DNA from: SAR86 cluster bacterium
GTDB lineage: Bacteria; Pseudomonadota; Gammaproteobacteria; Magnimaribacterales; AG-339-G14
DNA length: 64,000 nt
Direction: 5' to 3'
Assembly: GCA_023703675.1 (NCBI GenBank)
Contig: CP097974.1
Span: 917,288 to 981,287, forward strand
Shown here: positions 1 to 12,542 of the stretch, in pieces
How positions within the stretch are numbered: the first letter of the stretch is position 1
Layout: each line of letters begins with the position of its first letter
Made by a program: the position numbers and the translations under genes
Notes under the pieces: model-generated
Databases searched by the model: none
Seen by the model: only the letters and a program-made list of their open reading frames with translations
Told to the model about the DNA's origin: nothing

Positions 1-234
1 CAAACAGGACATGCTCTTGGTGCAGCTGGTGTTTTGGAATGCATATATAGTCTTTTGATGATGAAAGATAACTATATTGCCGAATCCATAAACATTGATT
101 CTCCTATAGCCGAATCTTCAGGCATAGAGCTTGCAAGGGAGTATACTAAAAAAAATGACTTCAAAGCTTTTATGTCGAACAGTTTTGGATTTGGCGGAAC
201 AAATGCAAGCTTAATAGTTAAGAAATACTCTTAA
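1..234 (+). CDS. beta-ketoacyl-ACP synthase (KAS I/II, FabF/FabB type), C-terminal fragment entering from the left edge
   Basis: Frame 1 is open from base 1 ([14 protein letters not shown]...) and ends ...[19 protein letters not shown]. GHxxGAAG and NSFGFGGTN are conserved C-terminal motifs of condensing enzymes. Confidence 0.8.
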   Translation, partial: QTGHALGAAGVLECIYSLLMMKDNYIAESINIDSPIAESSGIELAREYTKKNDFKAFMSNSFGFGGTNASLIVKKYS

Positions 235-650
235 AATGGAATTTCATCATCAAAAGTTGGGGGCTCTTGCGACTGCATTTCTTGAGAAGGCTCTTGTAGC
301 CCATCAACATTGTTTCTAGATCCAAGCATCTGCATTTCTCTAGCAACAATTTGAGTAGAAAATTTTCTTTCTCCAGTATTTTTATCCTCATAAGAATTTG
401 TTTGTAATTGACCTTCAACATATATTGAAGATCCTTTTTTCATATACTCTCCAACCACTTCAGCCAATCTTCGAAAAAATACAACTCTATGCCATTCGGT
501 TTTTTCTCTTTTTTCCCCAGATTGTTTGTCGTTCCAAGAACTTGATGTAGCAATGGATATTGTAGCTACTGCATCTCCGCCAGCCGTATATCTCATTTCT
601 GGATCTGCCCCAAGATTACCAAGTAATATAACCTTATTTATACTTGCCAT
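231..650 (-). CDS. ssb: single-stranded DNA-binding protein
   Basis: 139 aa. [22 protein letters not shown]... OB-fold N-terminus and acidic C-terminal tip DDEIPF. Divergent from uvrA as in E. coli. Confidence 0.95.
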   Translation of the reverse strand: MASINKVILLGNLGADPEMRYTAGGDAVATISIATSSSWNDKQSGEKREKTEWHRVVFFRRLAEVVGEYMKKGSSIYVEGQLQTNSYEDKNTGERKFSTQIVAREMQMLGSRNNVDGLQEPSQEMQSQEPPTFDDEIPF

Positions 651-721
651 ATTTTTCCCAACATTAATGTCATAATAATTACTGTTTGATTAAATACTAA
701 GTTTAAAGAAGATTCAATTAA

Positions 722-3523
722 ATGAAATACATAAATGTAAAAGGCGCTAGGCAACACAACCTCAAGAATATCGATATTTCAATTCCGAGAGACAAACTTA
801 CTGTAATAACTGGCCTTTCTGGGTCCGGAAAATCTTCTTTAGCTTTTGACACTTTATATGCCGAAGGCCAAAGAAGGTATGTTGAGTCTTTATCAGCTTA
901 CGCAAGACAATTTCTTTCAGTGATGGATAAACCGGACGTTGATACCGTTGAAGGTTTATCGCCAGCTATTTCAATAGAACAAAAATCAACTTCCCATAAT
1001 CCAAGATCAACAGTTGGAACAGTTACTGAGATTCACGATTATTTAAGATTGCTTTTTGCAAGAACTGGAACTCCTAAGTGTCCTGATCATGGTATTTCAC
1101 TAGAAGGTCAAAGCATAGACCAAATCTCAAAAAATATTCTAGATAACTTTAAAGACGAAAAAATCTTAATCTTGGCTCCGTTAATAAAAGAGCAAAAAGG
1201 AGAACACTTAAACTTATTTGAGGAACTTAAAATTAAGGGATTTGTTCGTCTTAGCGTTGATGGAAAAATCTTTGATATCCAAGATTTGCCAACTCTCGAA
1301 AAAAATAAAAAACATAACATAAGCATTATCGTTGATAGAACTTCTGGGAAGCTTGAAAATAAATCAAGAATTGTTCAGTCTATTGAAACTTGTTTAGCAG
1401 AAACAAACGGTCTTGTTGAAGTTGTCTCTGCTGAAAATTCGGACAAAAAGAAATCTTACTCAACTAAAATGGCATGTTCTATATGTGGGTATAGCATTCC
1501 TGAATTAGAACCAAGATTATTTTCGTTTAATAGCCCTTCTGGAGCATGCATGGCATGCGATGGATTGGGAACAAAAGCAGAGATAGATCTTCTTAAAGTT
1601 GTATCGCAGCCAGAATTTAGTTTAAATCAGGGAGCAATAAGGGGCTGGGATATAAATCACATGTATAGACATTACCTTCTTAGGTGCGTAAGTAATCATT
1701 ATGATTTTTCATTGGACGATCCTTTCGAGGACTTACCAGAAAATATAAAAAAGATAGTTTTGGAGGGAAGTGGTAATGAAGATGTAGATTTTAGTTACAC
1801 TTCAAAAAGAGGAAGACGGATCGAAATAATAAGACCTTTTGAAGGCGTGTTAAAAAGAATTTTAAGAAAGTATCAGGAATCTGACTCTTCACTTATCAGA
1901 GAAGATATGGCAAAGTTCATGACGTTAAAGCCTTGTTCTTCTTGTAATGGAACTAGACTGAACGAAGCCGCAAGAAATGTATTTATTGAAGATTTTTCTC
2001 TTCCTGATATTTCTGAATTAACAATAGAAGAGGCTTTCATTTTTTTTAAGAAACTAAAACTCAAGGGAGCTAAAGGAAAAATTGCTGAAAAGATTGTCAA
2101 AGAAATTATTGAAAGATTAAATTTTTTAGTTGATGTCGGATTAAATTATTTAAATTTGTCGAGAAGTGCAGAGTCTTTGAGTGGAGGAGAAGCACAAAGA
2201 ATAAGACTTGCTAGCCAAATTGGAGCGGGACTCGTTGGTGTAACTTACATTTTAGATGAGCCATCTATTGGGCTGCATCAAAGAGATAATTCTAAGCTGT
2301 TAGCCACGCTAAAAAGACTGAGAGATTTAGGTAACACTGTGGTGGTGGTTGAACACGATCAAGAAACAATTGAAGCAGCCGATCACATAATTGATATTGG
2401 TCCTGGAGCAGGAATACATGGTGGAGATGTGTGTTTTTCTGGGACTTTTAATAAATTAATTAAAAGTAAAGATTCTTTAACTGGTGAATATATCTCTGGA
2501 AAAAAGAAAATAGAAATCAAGAAAAATGGTTCAATTGATTCAAATGAATCAATTAAAATTTCTGGATGTTCAGGTAATAATCTCAAAGACGTAGATTTAA
2601 AACTGCCTTTAGGAAAATTAATATGTGTAACTGGCGTTTCTGGCTCTGGAAAATCTACCTTAATTAATCAAACTTTGTATCCAGCAATAAATAATAATTT
2701 AAATAAATCTAATCATCCTACACAGCCGTTTAGAAAAATAGAAGGGCTTGAAAATATTGATAAAATTATTGATATTAGTCAAAGTCCCATAGGTAGAACC
2801 CCCAGATCTAATCCAGTTACCTATACTGGAATTTTTACGCCGATAAGAGAAATCTTTGCCGAAACTCAAGAATCAAGATCAAGGGGGTACAAACCTGGAC
2901 GTTTTAGTTTTAACGTAAAGGGAGGTAGATGTGAAGCCTGTGAGGGAGATGGAATGATAAAAGTAGAAATGCATTTCCTTCCAGATGTTTATGTAAAGTG
3001 TGATGTTTGTAATGGAGCTAGGTATAACGAGGAAACTTTAAGTGTAAAATTCAAAGGAAAAAATATTTCTGAAGTTCTAGATCTTACGGTTGAACAAGCG
3101 CTTAAATTTTTTGATGCAGTTCCTATTATTAAACGAAAACTTGCCACTTTGAACGATGTAGGGCTTGGATATATTAAACTTGGTCAATCAGCTACAACCT
3201 TATCGGGAGGTGAGGCTCAAAGAGTAAAATTGGCTAAAGAATTGTCAAAGGTAGCAACTGGCAGAACTCTATATCTTCTTGACGAACCGACAACAGGATT
3301 GCATTTTCATGACGTATCTCTTCTTTTGAAAGTTTTAGAAAAACTGAAGTCTCAAGGTAATACAATCGTTGTAATAGAGCACAATCTGGATGTTATAAAA
3401 AATTCAGATTGGATAATAGATATCGGACCTGAAGGTGGTAAGGGAGGTGGAAAAATAATCGCTGAGGGAACTAAAAAAGACATTAAGAAATCTAAAATTT
3501 CTCATACCGCTAAATTCTTATAA
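722..3523 (+). CDS. uvrA: excinuclease ABC subunit A
   Basis: 933 aa. Two ABC ATPase modules ([31 protein letters not shown] twice) and zinc-finger cysteine clusters (CxxC...CxxC). Confidence 0.97.
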   Translation: MKYINVKGARQHNLKNIDISIPRDKLTVITGLSGSGKSSLAFDTLYAEGQRRYVESLSAYARQFLSVMDKPDVDTVEGLSPAISIEQKSTSHNPRSTVGTVTEIHDYLRLLFARTGTPKCPDHGISLEGQSIDQISKNILDNFKDEKILILAPLIKEQKGEHLNLFEELKIKGFVRLSVDGKIFDIQDLPTLEKNKKHNISIIVDRTSGKLENKSRIVQSIETCLAETNGLVEVVSAENSDKKKSYSTKMACSICGYSIPELEPRLFSFNSPSGACMACDGLGTKAEIDLLKVVSQPEFSLNQGAIRGWDINHMYRHYLLRCVSNHYDFSLDDPFEDLPENIKKIVLEGSGNEDVDFSYTSKRGRRIEIIRPFEGVLKRILRKYQESDSSLIREDMAKFMTLKPCSSCNGTRLNEAARNVFIEDFSLPDISELTIEEAFIFFKKLKLKGAKGKIAEKIVKEIIERLNFLVDVGLNYLNLSRSAESLSGGEAQRIRLASQIGAGLVGVTYILDEPSIGLHQRDNSKLLATLKRLRDLGNTVVVVEHDQETIEAADHIIDIGPGAGIHGGDVCFSGTFNKLIKSKDSLTGEYISGKKKIEIKKNGSIDSNESIKISGCSGNNLKDVDLKLPLGKLICVTGVSGSGKSTLINQTLYPAINNNLNKSNHPTQPFRKIEGLENIDKIIDISQSPIGRTPRSNPVTYTGIFTPIREIFAETQESRSRGYKPGRFSFNVKGGRCEACEGDGMIKVEMHFLPDVYVKCDVCNGARYNEETLSVKFKGKNISEVLDLTVEQALKFFDAVPIIKRKLATLNDVGLGYIKLGQSATTLSGGEAQRVKLAKELSKVATGRTLYLLDEPTTGLHFHDVSLLLKVLEKLKSQGNTIVVIEHNLDVIKNSDWIIDIGPEGGKGGGKIIAEGTKKDIKKSKISHTAKFL

Positions 3524-3528
3524 AATAA

Positions 3529-3915
3529 TTATTTGGCTTCCTCTTTGTTTTCTTGCTCAGTTCTACTTACTAATTCTATAAATGCCATTGGAGCTGCGTC
3601 TCCGGCTCTAGGCGTCATCTTGATAATTCGCAAATAACCTCCAGGACGTTCCTTAAACCTTGGGCCTATAACTGAAAAAAGCTTTCCAACGGCACTTTTA
3701 TTTCTAATTTTAGAAAAAGCCAATCTTCTATTAGAAAGGGAATCAGTTTTCGCAAGAGTTATGAGAGGCTCTAAAAACCCTCTTAATTCTTTTGCTTTAG
3801 GTAAAGTCGTTTTTATTGCCTCATGTTCAATTAGAGAAATTGAAAGGTCTTTGAATAAGGCCTTCCTAGTAGCACTATTTCTTCCGAATTTTCGCCCGGT
3901 TTTAAGATGTCTCAT
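3529..3915 (-). CDS. rplQ: 50S ribosomal protein L17
   Basis: 128 aa. N-terminus [19 protein letters not shown]. Last gene of the alpha operon, after rpoA. Confidence 0.96.
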   Translation of the reverse strand: MRHLKTGRKFGRNSATRKALFKDLSISLIEHEAIKTTLPKAKELRGFLEPLITLAKTDSLSNRRLAFSKIRNKSAVGKLFSVIGPRFKERPGGYLRIIKMTPRAGDAAPMAFIELVSRTEQENKEEAK

Positions 3916-4907
3916 TAATTTTCAATATTTGATGGTGGCCAATTATCTAGTTCTAATCCTAAGGCTAAACCTCTAGCTGCCAGAACGTCTTTAATCTCGT
4001 TCAAAGATTTTCTACCTAAATTAGGCGTTTTGAGTAAGTCAGATTCTCTCCTCGAAACCAAATCACCTATATAGTGTATTTTTTCTACTTTAAGACAGTT
4101 TGCTGATCTTACTGTTAATTCAAGTTCATCAACAGGTCTCAACATGATTGGATCTACAGGTGGAGTTTCGTCCTCCTCTTCTTCTTCCGTTTCGAAACCT
4201 AATTCCGCAAATGCCATTAGTTGTCGTTGAAGAATAGTTGCAGCTAACCTTAAAATTTCTTCAGGATCAATTGTGCCGTTTGTTTGAACGTCTAAAGTTA
4301 ATTTATCTAAGTCGGTTCTGTTCTCAACCCTTGTGTTGTCTACTTCATATGAAACTGTTTTTATCGGTGAGTACGAGGCATCGAGTTTTAGCAAACCAAT
4401 TTCTTTATTTTCTCCTGTGAGGGCTGCTGAATTATCTACTGGAACATACCCTCTTCCTTTTCTTACTCTGATAGTCATATTAATTTTTCCATTATCAGCC
4501 AATGTAGCAATTTTATGATCTGGATTTACGACCTCTACACCTGCAGGCAGATCAAAATCACCAGCTGTTAGATCTCCAGCGCCTGATTTTTCTACCGTCA
4601 TTTCAGCTTCCTCTTGATCTAAAAGTTTTACACTCATCCCTTTTAGATTTAAAAGAATATTTATTACATCTTCTTTTATTCCATCTATTGTTGAATAATC
4701 ATGCAAAACTCCATCAATTTTTGCTTCTACTACAGCTGCTCCTGGGGTAGAGGAAAGAATTATTCTCCTTAAGGCATTCCCTAAAGTGTGACCAAATCCC
4801 CTTTCGAGAGGTTCTAGTATTATTTTTGAATGATTTACATCAATTTCCTCAACTAAAATCTCTTTTGGGGTGAGAAAATCTTTTATAGCATCAAAGTTAT
4901 CAGTCAT
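3915..4907 (-). CDS. rpoA: DNA-directed RNA polymerase subunit alpha
   Basis: 330 aa. [23 protein letters not shown] motif and C-terminal domain [14 protein letters not shown] checked at 4905-4907. Confidence 0.97.
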   Translation of the reverse strand: MTDNFDAIKDFLTPKEILVEEIDVNHSKIILEPLERGFGHTLGNALRRIILSSTPGAAVVEAKIDGVLHDYSTIDGIKEDVINILLNLKGMSVKLLDQEEAEMTVEKSGAGDLTAGDFDLPAGVEVVNPDHKIATLADNGKINMTIRVRKGRGYVPVDNSAALTGENKEIGLLKLDASYSPIKTVSYEVDNTRVENRTDLDKLTLDVQTNGTIDPEEILRLAATILQRQLMAFAELGFETEEEEEDETPPVDPIMLRPVDELELTVRSANCLKVEKIHYIGDLVSRRESDLLKTPNLGRKSLNEIKDVLAARGLALGLELDNWPPSNIEN

Positions 4908-4927
4908 ATTTACCTCAGTTTAAAATG

Positions 4928-5548
4928 TTATCTTGAATAGAGCTCTACAATGTAATTTTCATTAATTTCATTGCTTAGTAATTCTCTGGTTGGCTGTGCA
5001 TCAAACGTTCCGGAAAAATCTTTGTGATTGACAGTAATCCAATCACAAGTCTCACGAGTAGTGAATAAGTCCATTGCCTGAACAACTCTTTTTTGATTTT
5101 TTCCTTTTTCGCTAAGAGAGATTTTATCTCCCTCTTGAACCAAAAACGAAGGAACATTTACCATTGAATCGTTTACTAAAATAGCTTTATGCACTACTAA
5201 CTGTCTTGCTTCAGATCTTGTAGCGGCAAATCCCATTCTGTATACTAAATTATCTAATCTAGATTCAAGGAATATTAATAAATTTGTTCCTGTTTCCCCT
5301 TTTTGACGAGCAGCCAGTTTGTAATAATTTCTGAATTGTCTTTCCAGTACGCCATATATTCTTTTGACTTTTTGTTTTTCTCTGAGCTGAACTCCAAAGT
5401 CGGAAAGTCTTGTCCTTCTAGCTCCATGAGCGCCTGGAGGATTTTCTGATCTTATTTTTGAATCATAGGATCTATAGCCACTTTTTAAAAATAAGTCTGT
5501 TCCTTCTCTTCTTGAAAGCTTATTTTTTGGACCTATATATCTTGCCAT
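4928..5548 (-). CDS. rpsD: 30S ribosomal protein S4
   Basis: 206 aa. [24 protein letters not shown] is near-identical to the E. coli S4 N-terminus. Confidence 0.97.
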   Translation of the reverse strand: MARYIGPKNKLSRREGTDLFLKSGYRSYDSKIRSENPPGAHGARRTRLSDFGVQLREKQKVKRIYGVLERQFRNYYKLAARQKGETGTNLLIFLESRLDNLVYRMGFAATRSEARQLVVHKAILVNDSMVNVPSFLVQEGDKISLSEKGKNQKRVVQAMDLFTTRETCDWITVNHKDFSGTFDAQPTRELLSNEINENYIVELYSR

Positions 5549-5550
5549 TA

Positions 5551-5937
5551 TTACACTCTCCTTTTTTTAGGGGGGCGACATCCATTGTGAGGAATTGGGG
5601 TTACATCAGAAATTTTTGTAATTTTTAAACCGCAACCATTCAAAGCTCTTACTGCAGATTCTCTTCCCGAGCCCGGACCTGACACCTCTACTTCAACTGT
5701 AGTCATACCCAAAGCCCTAGCTGCTTCGCCTGCCTTTCCGGCTGCAATTTGCGCTGCAAAAGGAGTACTTTTTCTAGAACCTTTGAATCCGTTAGCTCCT
5801 GAGCTAGACCACGCAATGGTGTTACCTTGTTTATCAGTAATATTTATTATGGTGTTATTAAAAGTAGCTAGAATATGAGCTACTCCCTCATTTGATACCA
5901 TTTTAGACTTTTTTGCTTTTGTATTTTTATTCACCAT
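5551..5937 (-). CDS. rpsK: 30S ribosomal protein S11
   Basis: 128 aa. [18 protein letters not shown] and C-terminal [18 protein letters not shown]. Confidence 0.97.
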   Translation of the reverse strand: MVNKNTKAKKSKMVSNEGVAHILATFNNTIINITDKQGNTIAWSSSGANGFKGSRKSTPFAAQIAAGKAGEAARALGMTTVEVEVSGPGSGRESAVRALNGCGLKITKISDVTPIPHNGCRPPKKRRV

Positions 5938-5947
5938 ATTTAATTAC

Positions 5948-6304
5948 CTATCTTCTAATTGGTTTTCTTGGTCCCTTCCTGGTTCTAGCGTTTGTTTTAG
6001 TTCTCTGACCTCTGACAGGAAGTCTTTTTCTGTGTCTAATCCCTCTATTCGTTCCAAGATCCATCAACCTTTTAATATTTGTACTAATTTCTCTTCTTAA
6101 ATCTCCTTCTACCAAGAATTCTGAAACCGCTTTCCTTAGTTTTTCAATATCTTCTTCGTTTAAAGCTTCGATTTTAGTATCGTAATTGATACCGGTAGAA
6201 GCACAAATCTTTAATGCGGTTGTTCTTCCAATACCATAAATATGAGTCAGCGAAATCCAAGTTTGCTTTCTGTCTGGAATATTTATACCTGCAACTCTAG
6301 CCAT
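5948..6304 (-). CDS. rpsM: 30S ribosomal protein S13
   Basis: 118 aa. [26 protein letters not shown]. Confidence 0.97.
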   Translation of the reverse strand: MARVAGINIPDRKQTWISLTHIYGIGRTTALKICASTGINYDTKIEALNEEDIEKLRKAVSEFLVEGDLRREISTNIKRLMDLGTNRGIRHRKRLPVRGQRTKTNARTRKGPRKPIRR

Positions 6305-6420
6305 TATCCTTGTCTCTGTTTATGTTTTGGGTCTGATGGACAAATTACATAATTTACCCCTCTTCTTTTAATTAATTTGCAGTCTTTACAAATTTTCTTC
6401 ACTGAAGCTCTTACTTTCAT
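6304..6420 (-). CDS. rpmJ: 50S ribosomal protein L36 (below the ORF-track size cutoff)
   Basis: Hand translation of the minus strand gives [38 protein letters not shown] (38 aa), the canonical L36. It lies between secY and rpsM. Its TAA overlaps the rpsM ATG by 1 nt (TAATG). Confidence 0.93.
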   Translation of the reverse strand: MKVRASVKKICKDCKLIKRRGVNYVICPSDPKHKQRQG

Positions 6421-6424
6421 GTCA

Positions 6425-7729
6425 TTACCTTTTATAACCTTTAAGGTTTGCCTTCTTCATTAGAGATTGATACTGGCTTGATAAAAGATGTGATTGTACC
6501 TGAGCCATGAAGTCCATTACCACTACTACTGCAATTAATAATGAAGTTCCTCCAAGGTAAAAAGGAGCATTTGCAGATACAATTAAAAATTGTGGAGCTA
6601 AACAAATTACAATCATGTACATTGAACCCCATATAGTTAATCTGGACATAACATTATCTATATAATCTACAGTGTGGTCGCCCGGCCTGATTCCTGGTAA
6701 AAAACCTCCTGATCTTTTTAAGTTGTCAGATATATCTTTCGCGGGAAACTGGATAGCGGTGTAAAAAAAGCAAAAATACGCAATCAACACTGCAAAAACT
6801 ACGACATACAAAGGCTGGCCAGGACTTAAAGCTAAAGAGACTTCCTGAAGCCACTCAAAACCGTCATTTTGACCAAACCAGGAACTCATAGAAGCAGGAA
6901 ATAAAACCAAGCTGCTAGCAAAAATTGCAGGTATTACTCCAGCCATATTTACCTTAAGAGGTAAATGAGATGCCTGCCCCATGTTCATTTGATTAGGCGC
7001 ACGTCTTGCATAATTAACAGTTATCCTTCTTTGAGCCCTTTCAATCCAAACTATGAAAGCGATTGCTAAAATTGCGAATAAAGCAATCAAAAGAAGTAAA
7101 ATTAAACTTATTTCTCCTTGCCTAGAAGCTTCGAAGGATTGTCCAATAGCGCTAGGAAGTCCAGAAACAATACTAGCAAATATAATTAAAGAAATACCAT
7201 TTCCTATCCCTCTTTCGTTAACTTGTTCTCCAAGCCATACAAGAAACATGGTTCCTGTTACAAAAGAAATTACAGCTGTAATGATGAATCCTAAACCTGG
7301 AGTTACAGCCATGGCCTGTGAAGATAAAGCAATAGCAAATCCAGTAGATTGAAAAATAGCAAGTACAAGGGTGCCTAACCTTACGTAAGCAGTTCTTTTC
7401 CGTCTGCCCGATTCACCTTCCTGTCTGAAAAGTTTTTTAAGGCTGGGTGTAGTTGCTTCAAGTAAGTTCATAACAATTGCAGCTGTTATGTATGGAACTA
7501 CATTTAAAGCCATAATACTCATTCTCTCTAAGGCTCCGCCAGAAAACATATTAAACAAACCAAGAAGCGTTCCTTGATTTTGATCAAAAAGAGAGGAAAT
7601 TTTTAAAGGATCTATACCAGGAACTGGAATGTGGGTTCCGATTCTATAAATAATAATAGCTAATAAAACAAACCTTAGTCTCGACCAAAGTTCTTTAAGC
7701 CCATCTGATTTAAACCCTAAAGCAGCCAT
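6425..7729 (-). CDS. secY: preprotein translocase subunit SecY
   Basis: 434 aa polytopic membrane protein. The N-terminus ...[23 protein letters not shown] matches SecY. Correct position in the spc operon. Confidence 0.96.
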   Translation of the reverse strand: MAALGFKSDGLKELWSRLRFVLLAIIIYRIGTHIPVPGIDPLKISSLFDQNQGTLLGLFNMFSGGALERMSIMALNVVPYITAAIVMNLLEATTPSLKKLFRQEGESGRRKRTAYVRLGTLVLAIFQSTGFAIALSSQAMAVTPGLGFIITAVISFVTGTMFLVWLGEQVNERGIGNGISLIIFASIVSGLPSAIGQSFEASRQGEISLILLLLIALFAILAIAFIVWIERAQRRITVNYARRAPNQMNMGQASHLPLKVNMAGVIPAIFASSLVLFPASMSSWFGQNDGFEWLQEVSLALSPGQPLYVVVFAVLIAYFCFFYTAIQFPAKDISDNLKRSGGFLPGIRPGDHTVDYIDNVMSRLTIWGSMYMIVICLAPQFLIVSANAPFYLGGTSLLIAVVVVMDFMAQVQSHLLSSQYQSLMKKANLKGYKR

Positions 7730-7730
7730 A

Positions 7731-8159
7731 TTAATTTATTTCACCGCCATTATTTGCTATCAATTCTTTTACAGATTTTGAGACTTTGAGTCCTTTAAGT
7801 TTTAGAGGCTTAGTTAAATTTCCACCGGATATAACTTTTACTTCAGAAATTTTATTTTTGATAATTTTTTTGGATTTTAATAACTCAATGTCAATTTCTT
7901 CGGATCCAATTTTTTCTAAATCGCCCACTTTGATATGACATTTTAGAGGAGCCTGTCTTGAAGTGAATCCAAATTTTGGTAATCTTTGCTGAATAGGCAT
8001 TTGACCGCCTTCAAAGCCAGGTCTCACTTTCCCTCCAGACCTAGCCTTTTGTCCTTTATGGCCTCTACCAGAAGTTTTACCTGAACCTGAAGCTGAACCT
8101 CTTCCAATTCGCTTAGCAGATTTATTTGATTGAATTGATTTTATTTTATTTAAACTCAT
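7731..8159 (-). CDS. rplO: 50S ribosomal protein L15
   Basis: The ORF-track start at 8171 is a TTG. The ATG at 8157-8159 gives MSLNKIKS..., which aligns with E. coli [21 protein letters not shown] motif present. Confidence 0.94.
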   Translation of the reverse strand: MSLNKIKSIQSNKSAKRIGRGSASGSGKTSGRGHKGQKARSGGKVRPGFEGGQMPIQQRLPKFGFTSRQAPLKCHIKVGDLEKIGSEEIDIELLKSKKIIKNKISEVKVISGGNLTKPLKLKGLKVSKSVKELIANNGGEIN

Positions 8160-8160
8160 A

Positions 8161-8352
8161 CTAGTCAACAATTTTCACAACATGTTTAACTTTATTAATC
8201 ATTCCCCAGTTTTCTGGGGAATTCTTAACTTCTACAACATGATTAATTTTTCTTAGTCCCAACCCCTTAACGGATTTTTTATGAATCTCTCTTATGCCGG
8301 ACAAACTTCTAACTTGTTTAACCTTAATTGTTCTGTTGTCCTTTTTAGTCAT
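8161..8352 (-). CDS. rpmD: 50S ribosomal protein L30
   Basis: 63 aa. [34 protein letters not shown]. Lies between rpsE and rplO. Confidence 0.94.
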   Translation of the reverse strand: MTKKDNRTIKVKQVRSLSGIREIHKKSVKGLGLRKINHVVEVKNSPENWGMINKVKHVVKIVD

Positions 8353-8838
8353 TTACTTTGATCTCCTTATACTTACTTTGGCGGGAGATTCAATACTAGC
8401 TAAACCTTTAAATGTTGCCCTTACGACATTAATTGGATTTGTAGAACCATATGATTTAGCCAATACATCTTTTACTCCTGCCAACTCTAAAACTGCTCTC
8501 ATTGCACCGCCAGCGATAATTCCTGTCCCAGGAGATGCGGGTTGCATATATACCGTTGCTGATCCATGCCTAGCTTTGACTGCATAATGAATCGTGCTGC
8601 CATTTAACTCTATATTTGAAATATTTCGTCTAGCGTTTTCCAAAGCTTTTTGTATCGCAATAGGAACCTCCCTAGCCTTTCCTCTTCCAAATCCTACTTT
8701 ACCTTTTCCATCGCCCACTACAGTTAAAGCAGTAAATCCAAAGATCCTTCCACCTTTAACTACTTTAGCAACACGGTTAACACCTACGAGTTTTTCTTCT
8801 AATGCTTCGCCAGATTGTTGTTCAATATTTTCTTCCAT
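8353..8838 (-). CDS. rpsE: 30S ribosomal protein S5
   Basis: 161 aa. [28 protein letters not shown]. Confidence 0.97.
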   Translation of the reverse strand: MEENIEQQSGEALEEKLVGVNRVAKVVKGGRIFGFTALTVVGDGKGKVGFGRGKAREVPIAIQKALENARRNISNIELNGSTIHYAVKARHGSATVYMQPASPGTGIIAGGAMRAVLELAGVKDVLAKSYGSTNPINVVRATFKGLASIESPAKVSIRRSK

Positions 8839-8845
8839 AATTTAC

Positions 8846-9196
8846 CTAAAATTTTAATCCTGAAGCTCGTGCTCCTTCGGCTAAAGATTTAACGCGTCCG
8901 TGGTATTTGTAACCTGATCTGTCAAACGCAACTTTTTCTATCCCTTTGGCTAAAGCCCTCTTGCCTATAACTTCTCCTACTTTAAGAGCAGCGTCAATAT
9001 TGCCGGTACTTTTTAAATCTACTTCTTTATCCAAAGTAGAAGCCTGTACCAAAACTTCTTTGCCATCCAATGAAAAAACTTGTGCATAAATATGTTTGCC
9101 GGATCTAAAAACGGTCAGCCTGTTTGTTTTTAAATTAATAGCATGGGCCCTTAACTTTTTTGTCCTTCTATTTCTTGATTCTATTTTCTTCGACAT
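8846..9196 (-). CDS. rplR: 50S ribosomal protein L18
   Basis: 116 aa. [15 protein letters not shown] motif. Correct spc operon position. Confidence 0.96.
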   Translation of the reverse strand: MSKKIESRNRRTKKLRAHAINLKTNRLTVFRSGKHIYAQVFSLDGKEVLVQASTLDKEVDLKSTGNIDAALKVGEVIGKRALAKGIEKVAFDRSGYKYHGRVKSLAEGARASGLKF

Positions 9197-9201
9197 AATA
9201 A

Positions 9202-9735
9202 TTACGCTTTCTTTGATTCTTTTCTTATGATTCTTTCGTCGGAATACTTAACACCCTTTCCTTTATAAGGTTCAGGGGGCCTAAAAGATCTAATTTTAGA
9301 CGCTACATCCCCTAAAAGTTGTTTGTTAGGGGAAGTTAAAACTAGCTCTGTTTGAGATGGAGCTTCTGCAGAGACGCCCTCAGGCAAATCATAATTAACT
9401 GGATGAGAATAACCCAAAGAAAGTTCTATTTTAGTACCACTAACTTTTACCCTATATCCGACTCCATTGATTTCTAATTTTTTTTCAAAACCTTTTGATA
9501 TCCCTTCTATAATATTCTCAGCAAGAGATCTCATAGTACTTGCCAACGTAATTGATTCTTTAGAGTCAACATTCGGAGAAAATAGTATAAATTCCTCGTT
9601 TGACTCTATAGAAACCTGTTCATGAACATTAAGATCCATAACGCCTTTTTTTCCTGAAAAAGTTACAACTTGCCCTTTCACTTCAGCTTTAACACCTTCA
9701 GTAAAATTAATTTTTCTTTTAGAGTTTCTAGCCAT
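9202..9735 (-). CDS. rplF: 50S ribosomal protein L6
   Basis: 177 aa. [10 protein letters not shown] and [14 protein letters not shown] motifs. Confidence 0.96.
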   Translation of the reverse strand: MARNSKRKINFTEGVKAEVKGQVVTFSGKKGVMDLNVHEQVSIESNEEFILFSPNVDSKESITLASTMRSLAENIIEGISKGFEKKLEINGVGYRVKVSGTKIELSLGYSHPVNYDLPEGVSAEAPSQTELVLTSPNKQLLGDVASKIRSFRPPEPYKGKGVKYSDERIIRKESKKA

Positions 9736-9736
9736 A

Positions 9737-10132
9737 TTAAAAAATTGTACAAATTAGCTCGCCGCCAATATTTTGAGTCTTAGCTTGTTTGTCAGTTAAT
9801 ACTCCTTTAGAAGTAGTAAGAATTCCTATTCCAAGGCCTCCTTTAATAGCGGGAATATCTTGGCTCGAGAAATATTTTCTCAAGCCAGGTTTACTTTCTC
9901 TATTGAATTCTTTAATTACAGGTTTATCCTCGAAGTACTTAAGAGTTATTTCGATTTCTTGTTTTGGCAAATCTCCTGTTACTTCGGATTTCTTAATGAA
10001 ACCTTCATCAAGCAAAACTTCACATATAGCTCTTTTAAGTTTTGATGACCCAAAAGAAACTTTTGCATGCCCTCTAGATTGAGCGTTTTTAATTCTTGAA
10101 ATCATGTCTGAAATAGGATCTTGTAAACTCAT
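9737..10132 (-). CDS. rpsH: 30S ribosomal protein S8
   Basis: 131 aa. MSLQDPISDMISRIKNAQ. Confidence 0.97.
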   Translation of the reverse strand: MSLQDPISDMISRIKNAQSRGHAKVSFGSSKLKRAICEVLLDEGFIKKSEVTGDLPKQEIEITLKYFEDKPVIKEFNRESKPGLRKYFSSQDIPAIKGGLGIGILTTSKGVLTDKQAKTQNIGGELICTIF

Positions 10133-10148
10133 ATTTATCTCCTTATTT

Positions 10149-10454
10149 TTACCAACTTGCCTTTACCAATCCAGGAACATCACCTTTCATAGCTAGTTCT
10201 CTAAGTTTATTTCTAGATAACCCAAATTTTCTATAGACCGCATGAGGTCTTCCTGTTATTTGACATCTTCTTTGAAGTCTAACTGGGCTTGCATCTCTAG
10301 GAAGTTTTTGTAATTTTTTCATTGCTATATCTTTTTCTTCTTCTGTTTTTGAAATGTCATTTATGATAGATTTAAGTTCAATTCTTTTTTTTGAAAACTT
10401 TTCCACCATTTTTAGTCTTTTGTTTTCACGTGCGATCATAGATTTTTTTGCCAT
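10149..10454 (-). CDS. rpsN: 30S ribosomal protein S14
   Basis: 101 aa. [13 protein letters not shown]... and C-terminal [21 protein letters not shown]. Confidence 0.97.
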   Translation of the reverse strand: MAKKSMIARENKRLKMVEKFSKKRIELKSIINDISKTEEEKDIAMKKLQKLPRDASPVRLQRRCQITGRPHAVYRKFGLSRNKLRELAMKGDVPGLVKASW

Positions 10455-10461
10455 GTTTACC

Positions 10462-11010
10462 TCAAGTTTTAAAAGGAAACTTTAAAGCAGACAAAAGTTT
10501 TAAGCCTGCTTCATCGGTTTCTGCCGAAGTTGTAATACTTATATCTAAGCCTCTTATTTTTTGAACCTTGTCGTAATCTATTTCAGGAAAAATTATGTGT
10601 TCTTTAATTCCAATAGAATAATTACCCTTACCGTCAAATGATTTGGTATCCAAGCCTCTAAAATCTCTTTCTCTAGGAATAGCTATGCCCAATAATCTAT
10701 CTAAAAACTCATACATTCTCTCTCCTCTCAAAGTCACTTTGCAACCTATTGGGAACCCCTCTCTTAATTTGAAACTGGCTACTGATTTTCTTGCTAAAGT
10801 TTTTATAGGCTGTTGGCCAGAAATTAATTTTAATTCCTCCATGGCTCCATCTAAAACTTTCCTATCGTTCATAGCATCAGGCCCAAGACCCATGTTCAAC
10901 GTAACCTTAGTTATTTTTGGCACGGCCATAGGCGATTTGAGGTTTAACTCTTTCAATAGATTAGGAATCGCTTCTTCCAAAAAGGTTTTTTTAATCATTG
11001 AAGTATTCAT
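10462..11010 (-). CDS. rplE: 50S ribosomal protein L5
   Basis: 182 aa. [14 protein letters not shown] motif. The ATG overlaps the rplX TGA (ATGA). An alternative ATG lies four codons downstream. Confidence 0.95.
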   Translation of the reverse strand: MNTSMIKKTFLEEAIPNLLKELNLKSPMAVPKITKVTLNMGLGPDAMNDRKVLDGAMEELKLISGQQPIKTLARKSVASFKLREGFPIGCKVTLRGERMYEFLDRLLGIAIPRERDFRGLDTKSFDGKGNYSIGIKEHIIFPEIDYDKVQKIRGLDISITTSAETDEAGLKLLSALKFPFKT

Positions 11011-11318
11011 TTGATTTCTTTACCATCAGATTTAAATATTCTCTTCTTTCCTTTTTCATCAGAATAAATTTTTACCTTATCTGCTTTCTTTAATTTTTTG
11101 TTGTAAATGGCCACATTAGAAATGTGAATCGGAGATTCTTTTTCTATGATTCCTCCAGCAATATTTAACTGGGGATTAGGTTTTTGATGTTTTTTTACTA
11201 TTTTTAATCCCATTACAATACATCTATCTTTTGCTAAAAATTTAGTAAGAGTTCCGGTTTTACCCTTATCCTTTCCGGAGATAATAATCACTTCGTCGCC
11301 TGTTTTTAACTTGTTCAT
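11007..11318 (-). CDS. rplX: 50S ribosomal protein L24
   Basis: 103 aa. [19 protein letters not shown] motif. Confidence 0.96.
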   Translation of the reverse strand: MNKLKTGDEVIIISGKDKGKTGTLTKFLAKDRCIVMGLKIVKKHQKPNPQLNIAGGIIEKESPIHISNVAIYNKKLKKADKVKIYSDEKGKKRIFKSDGKEIK

Positions 11319-11686
11319 TAAATTACCTCCGGAGCTAAAGAAATAATTTTCATAAAGTCTTTAGACCTGAGTTCTCTAGAAACTGGTCCGAAAATTCGAG
11401 TTCCTATTGGTTGTTTCTGAGCATTGATTAATACAGCAGCATTGTCATCAAATTTAATACTCGATCCATCTTCTCGTTTTATATTTTTTTTTGTTCTTAC
11501 AATAACTGCGTCTGCAACTTGTCCTTTTTTTACTCTTCCAGTAGGAATCGCCTCTTTAATTGCAACTTTAATTACATCGCCAACATGAGCATATCTTCTC
11601 TTAGACCCGCCAAGTACTTTTATGCACATAACTTCCCTTGCGCCACTATTGTCTGCAACTAAAAGCCTCGATTGTGCTTGTATCAC
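11318..11686 (-). CDS. rplN: 50S ribosomal protein L14 (GTG start)
   Basis: 122 aa. (M)[27 protein letters not shown]. The start codon reads GTG (cac at 11684-11686) and overlaps the rpsQ TGA (GTGA). Confidence 0.97.
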   Translation of the reverse strand: MIQAQSRLLVADNSGAREVMCIKVLGGSKRRYAHVGDVIKVAIKEAIPTGRVKKGQVADAVIVRTKKNIKREDGSSIKFDDNAAVLINAQKQPIGTRIFGPVSRELRSKDFMKIISLAPEVI

Positions 11687-11946
11687 GAAATATCTCCTTT
11701 AGCAGACTTCACAATCTCAACCAATTCCCATGACTTAGTTTTAGAAATTGGCCTGGTCTCTTTAATTTTTACTTTGTCACCTAATTTTGAAGAATTTTGC
11801 TCATCATGAAACCTAATTTTGGAAGAACGTTTCATAATTTTTCCAACTAACTTATGTTTAACTGTTCTTTGAATAAGAGCAACTCTGGACTTATCGCCTG
11901 ATAAACTAATAACTGAACCAGTCATTGTTCTTTTAACATCATTCAT
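11683..11946 (-). CDS. rpsQ: 30S ribosomal protein S17
   Basis: 87 aa. [27 protein letters not shown] aligns with S17. Confidence 0.95.
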   Translation of the reverse strand: MNDVKRTMTGSVISLSGDKSRVALIQRTVKHKLVGKIMKRSSKIRFHDEQNSSKLGDKVKIKETRPISKTKSWELVEIVKSAKGDIS

Positions 11947-12127
11947 TTTCTAAAGACCTCTTATCTTGATTAATTTGAGTTTTGATTCTTGCTATATCTT
12001 TTCTAGCTTCGGATAGCTTATGAGTTTCTTTAAGAGCAGAACTTGAGTGTTTCATCTTTAGATCGAAATACGTTTTGTTCAACTTCTTCAATTCTTGCGC
12101 GTTTTTATCTATATTTTTTTTAGCCAT
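11939..12127 (-). CDS. rpmC: 50S ribosomal protein L29
   Basis: 62 aa. Lies between rplP and rpsQ. ...ARKDIARIKT matches the L29 C-terminal helix. Confidence 0.9.
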   Translation of the reverse strand: MAKKNIDKNAQELKKLNKTYFDLKMKHSSSALKETHKLSEARKDIARIKTQINQDKRSLENE

Positions 12128-12540
12128 TAGATTGATTTCCTTGCAATAAATTTTGTGGCAATTGGAAGCTTAGCGGCAGCTAGAGCGAAAGCTTCTCTTG
12201 CAACTTCCTCATCTACTCCTTCCATTTCATAAAGAATTTTTCCAGGTTTTATTGGAGCTACGTAATACTCAACATTACCTTTTCCTTTTCCCTGCCTGAC
12301 CTCCAAAGGTTTTTTTGTAATAGGTTTGTCTGGAAAAATTCTTATCCAAATTTGAGCCCCTCTCTTTACATGTCTAGTCATTGCTCTCCTAGCTGCTTCA
12401 ATTTGTCTTGAAGTGATTTGACCTCTTGATGTGGCTTTTAAGCCAAAAGCACCGAAATCAAGCGTATTTGATTTATGAGAAAGGCCTGTATTTCTACCCT
12501 TCATTTGTTTTCTAAATTTTGTTCGTTTAGGTTGAAACAT
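12127..12540 (-). CDS. rplP: 50S ribosomal protein L16
   Basis: 137 aa. [19 protein letters not shown]. Confidence 0.97.
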   Translation of the reverse strand: MFQPKRTKFRKQMKGRNTGLSHKSNTLDFGAFGLKATSRGQITSRQIEAARRAMTRHVKRGAQIWIRIFPDKPITKKPLEVRQGKGKGNVEYYVAPIKPGKILYEMEGVDEEVAREAFALAAAKLPIATKFIARKSI

Positions 12541-12542
12541 AT

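Noticed and set aside
682-697. Possible LexA/SOS box in the ssb-uvrA divergent promoter region (CTGTTTGATTAAATAC)
   Set aside because: The left half matches the gammaproteobacterial consensus CTGT-N8-ACAG. The right half is ATAC instead of ACAG, so the critical CAG is missing. This is a half-site at best. It may be a decayed operator, but it cannot be called a functional SOS box from sequence alone.
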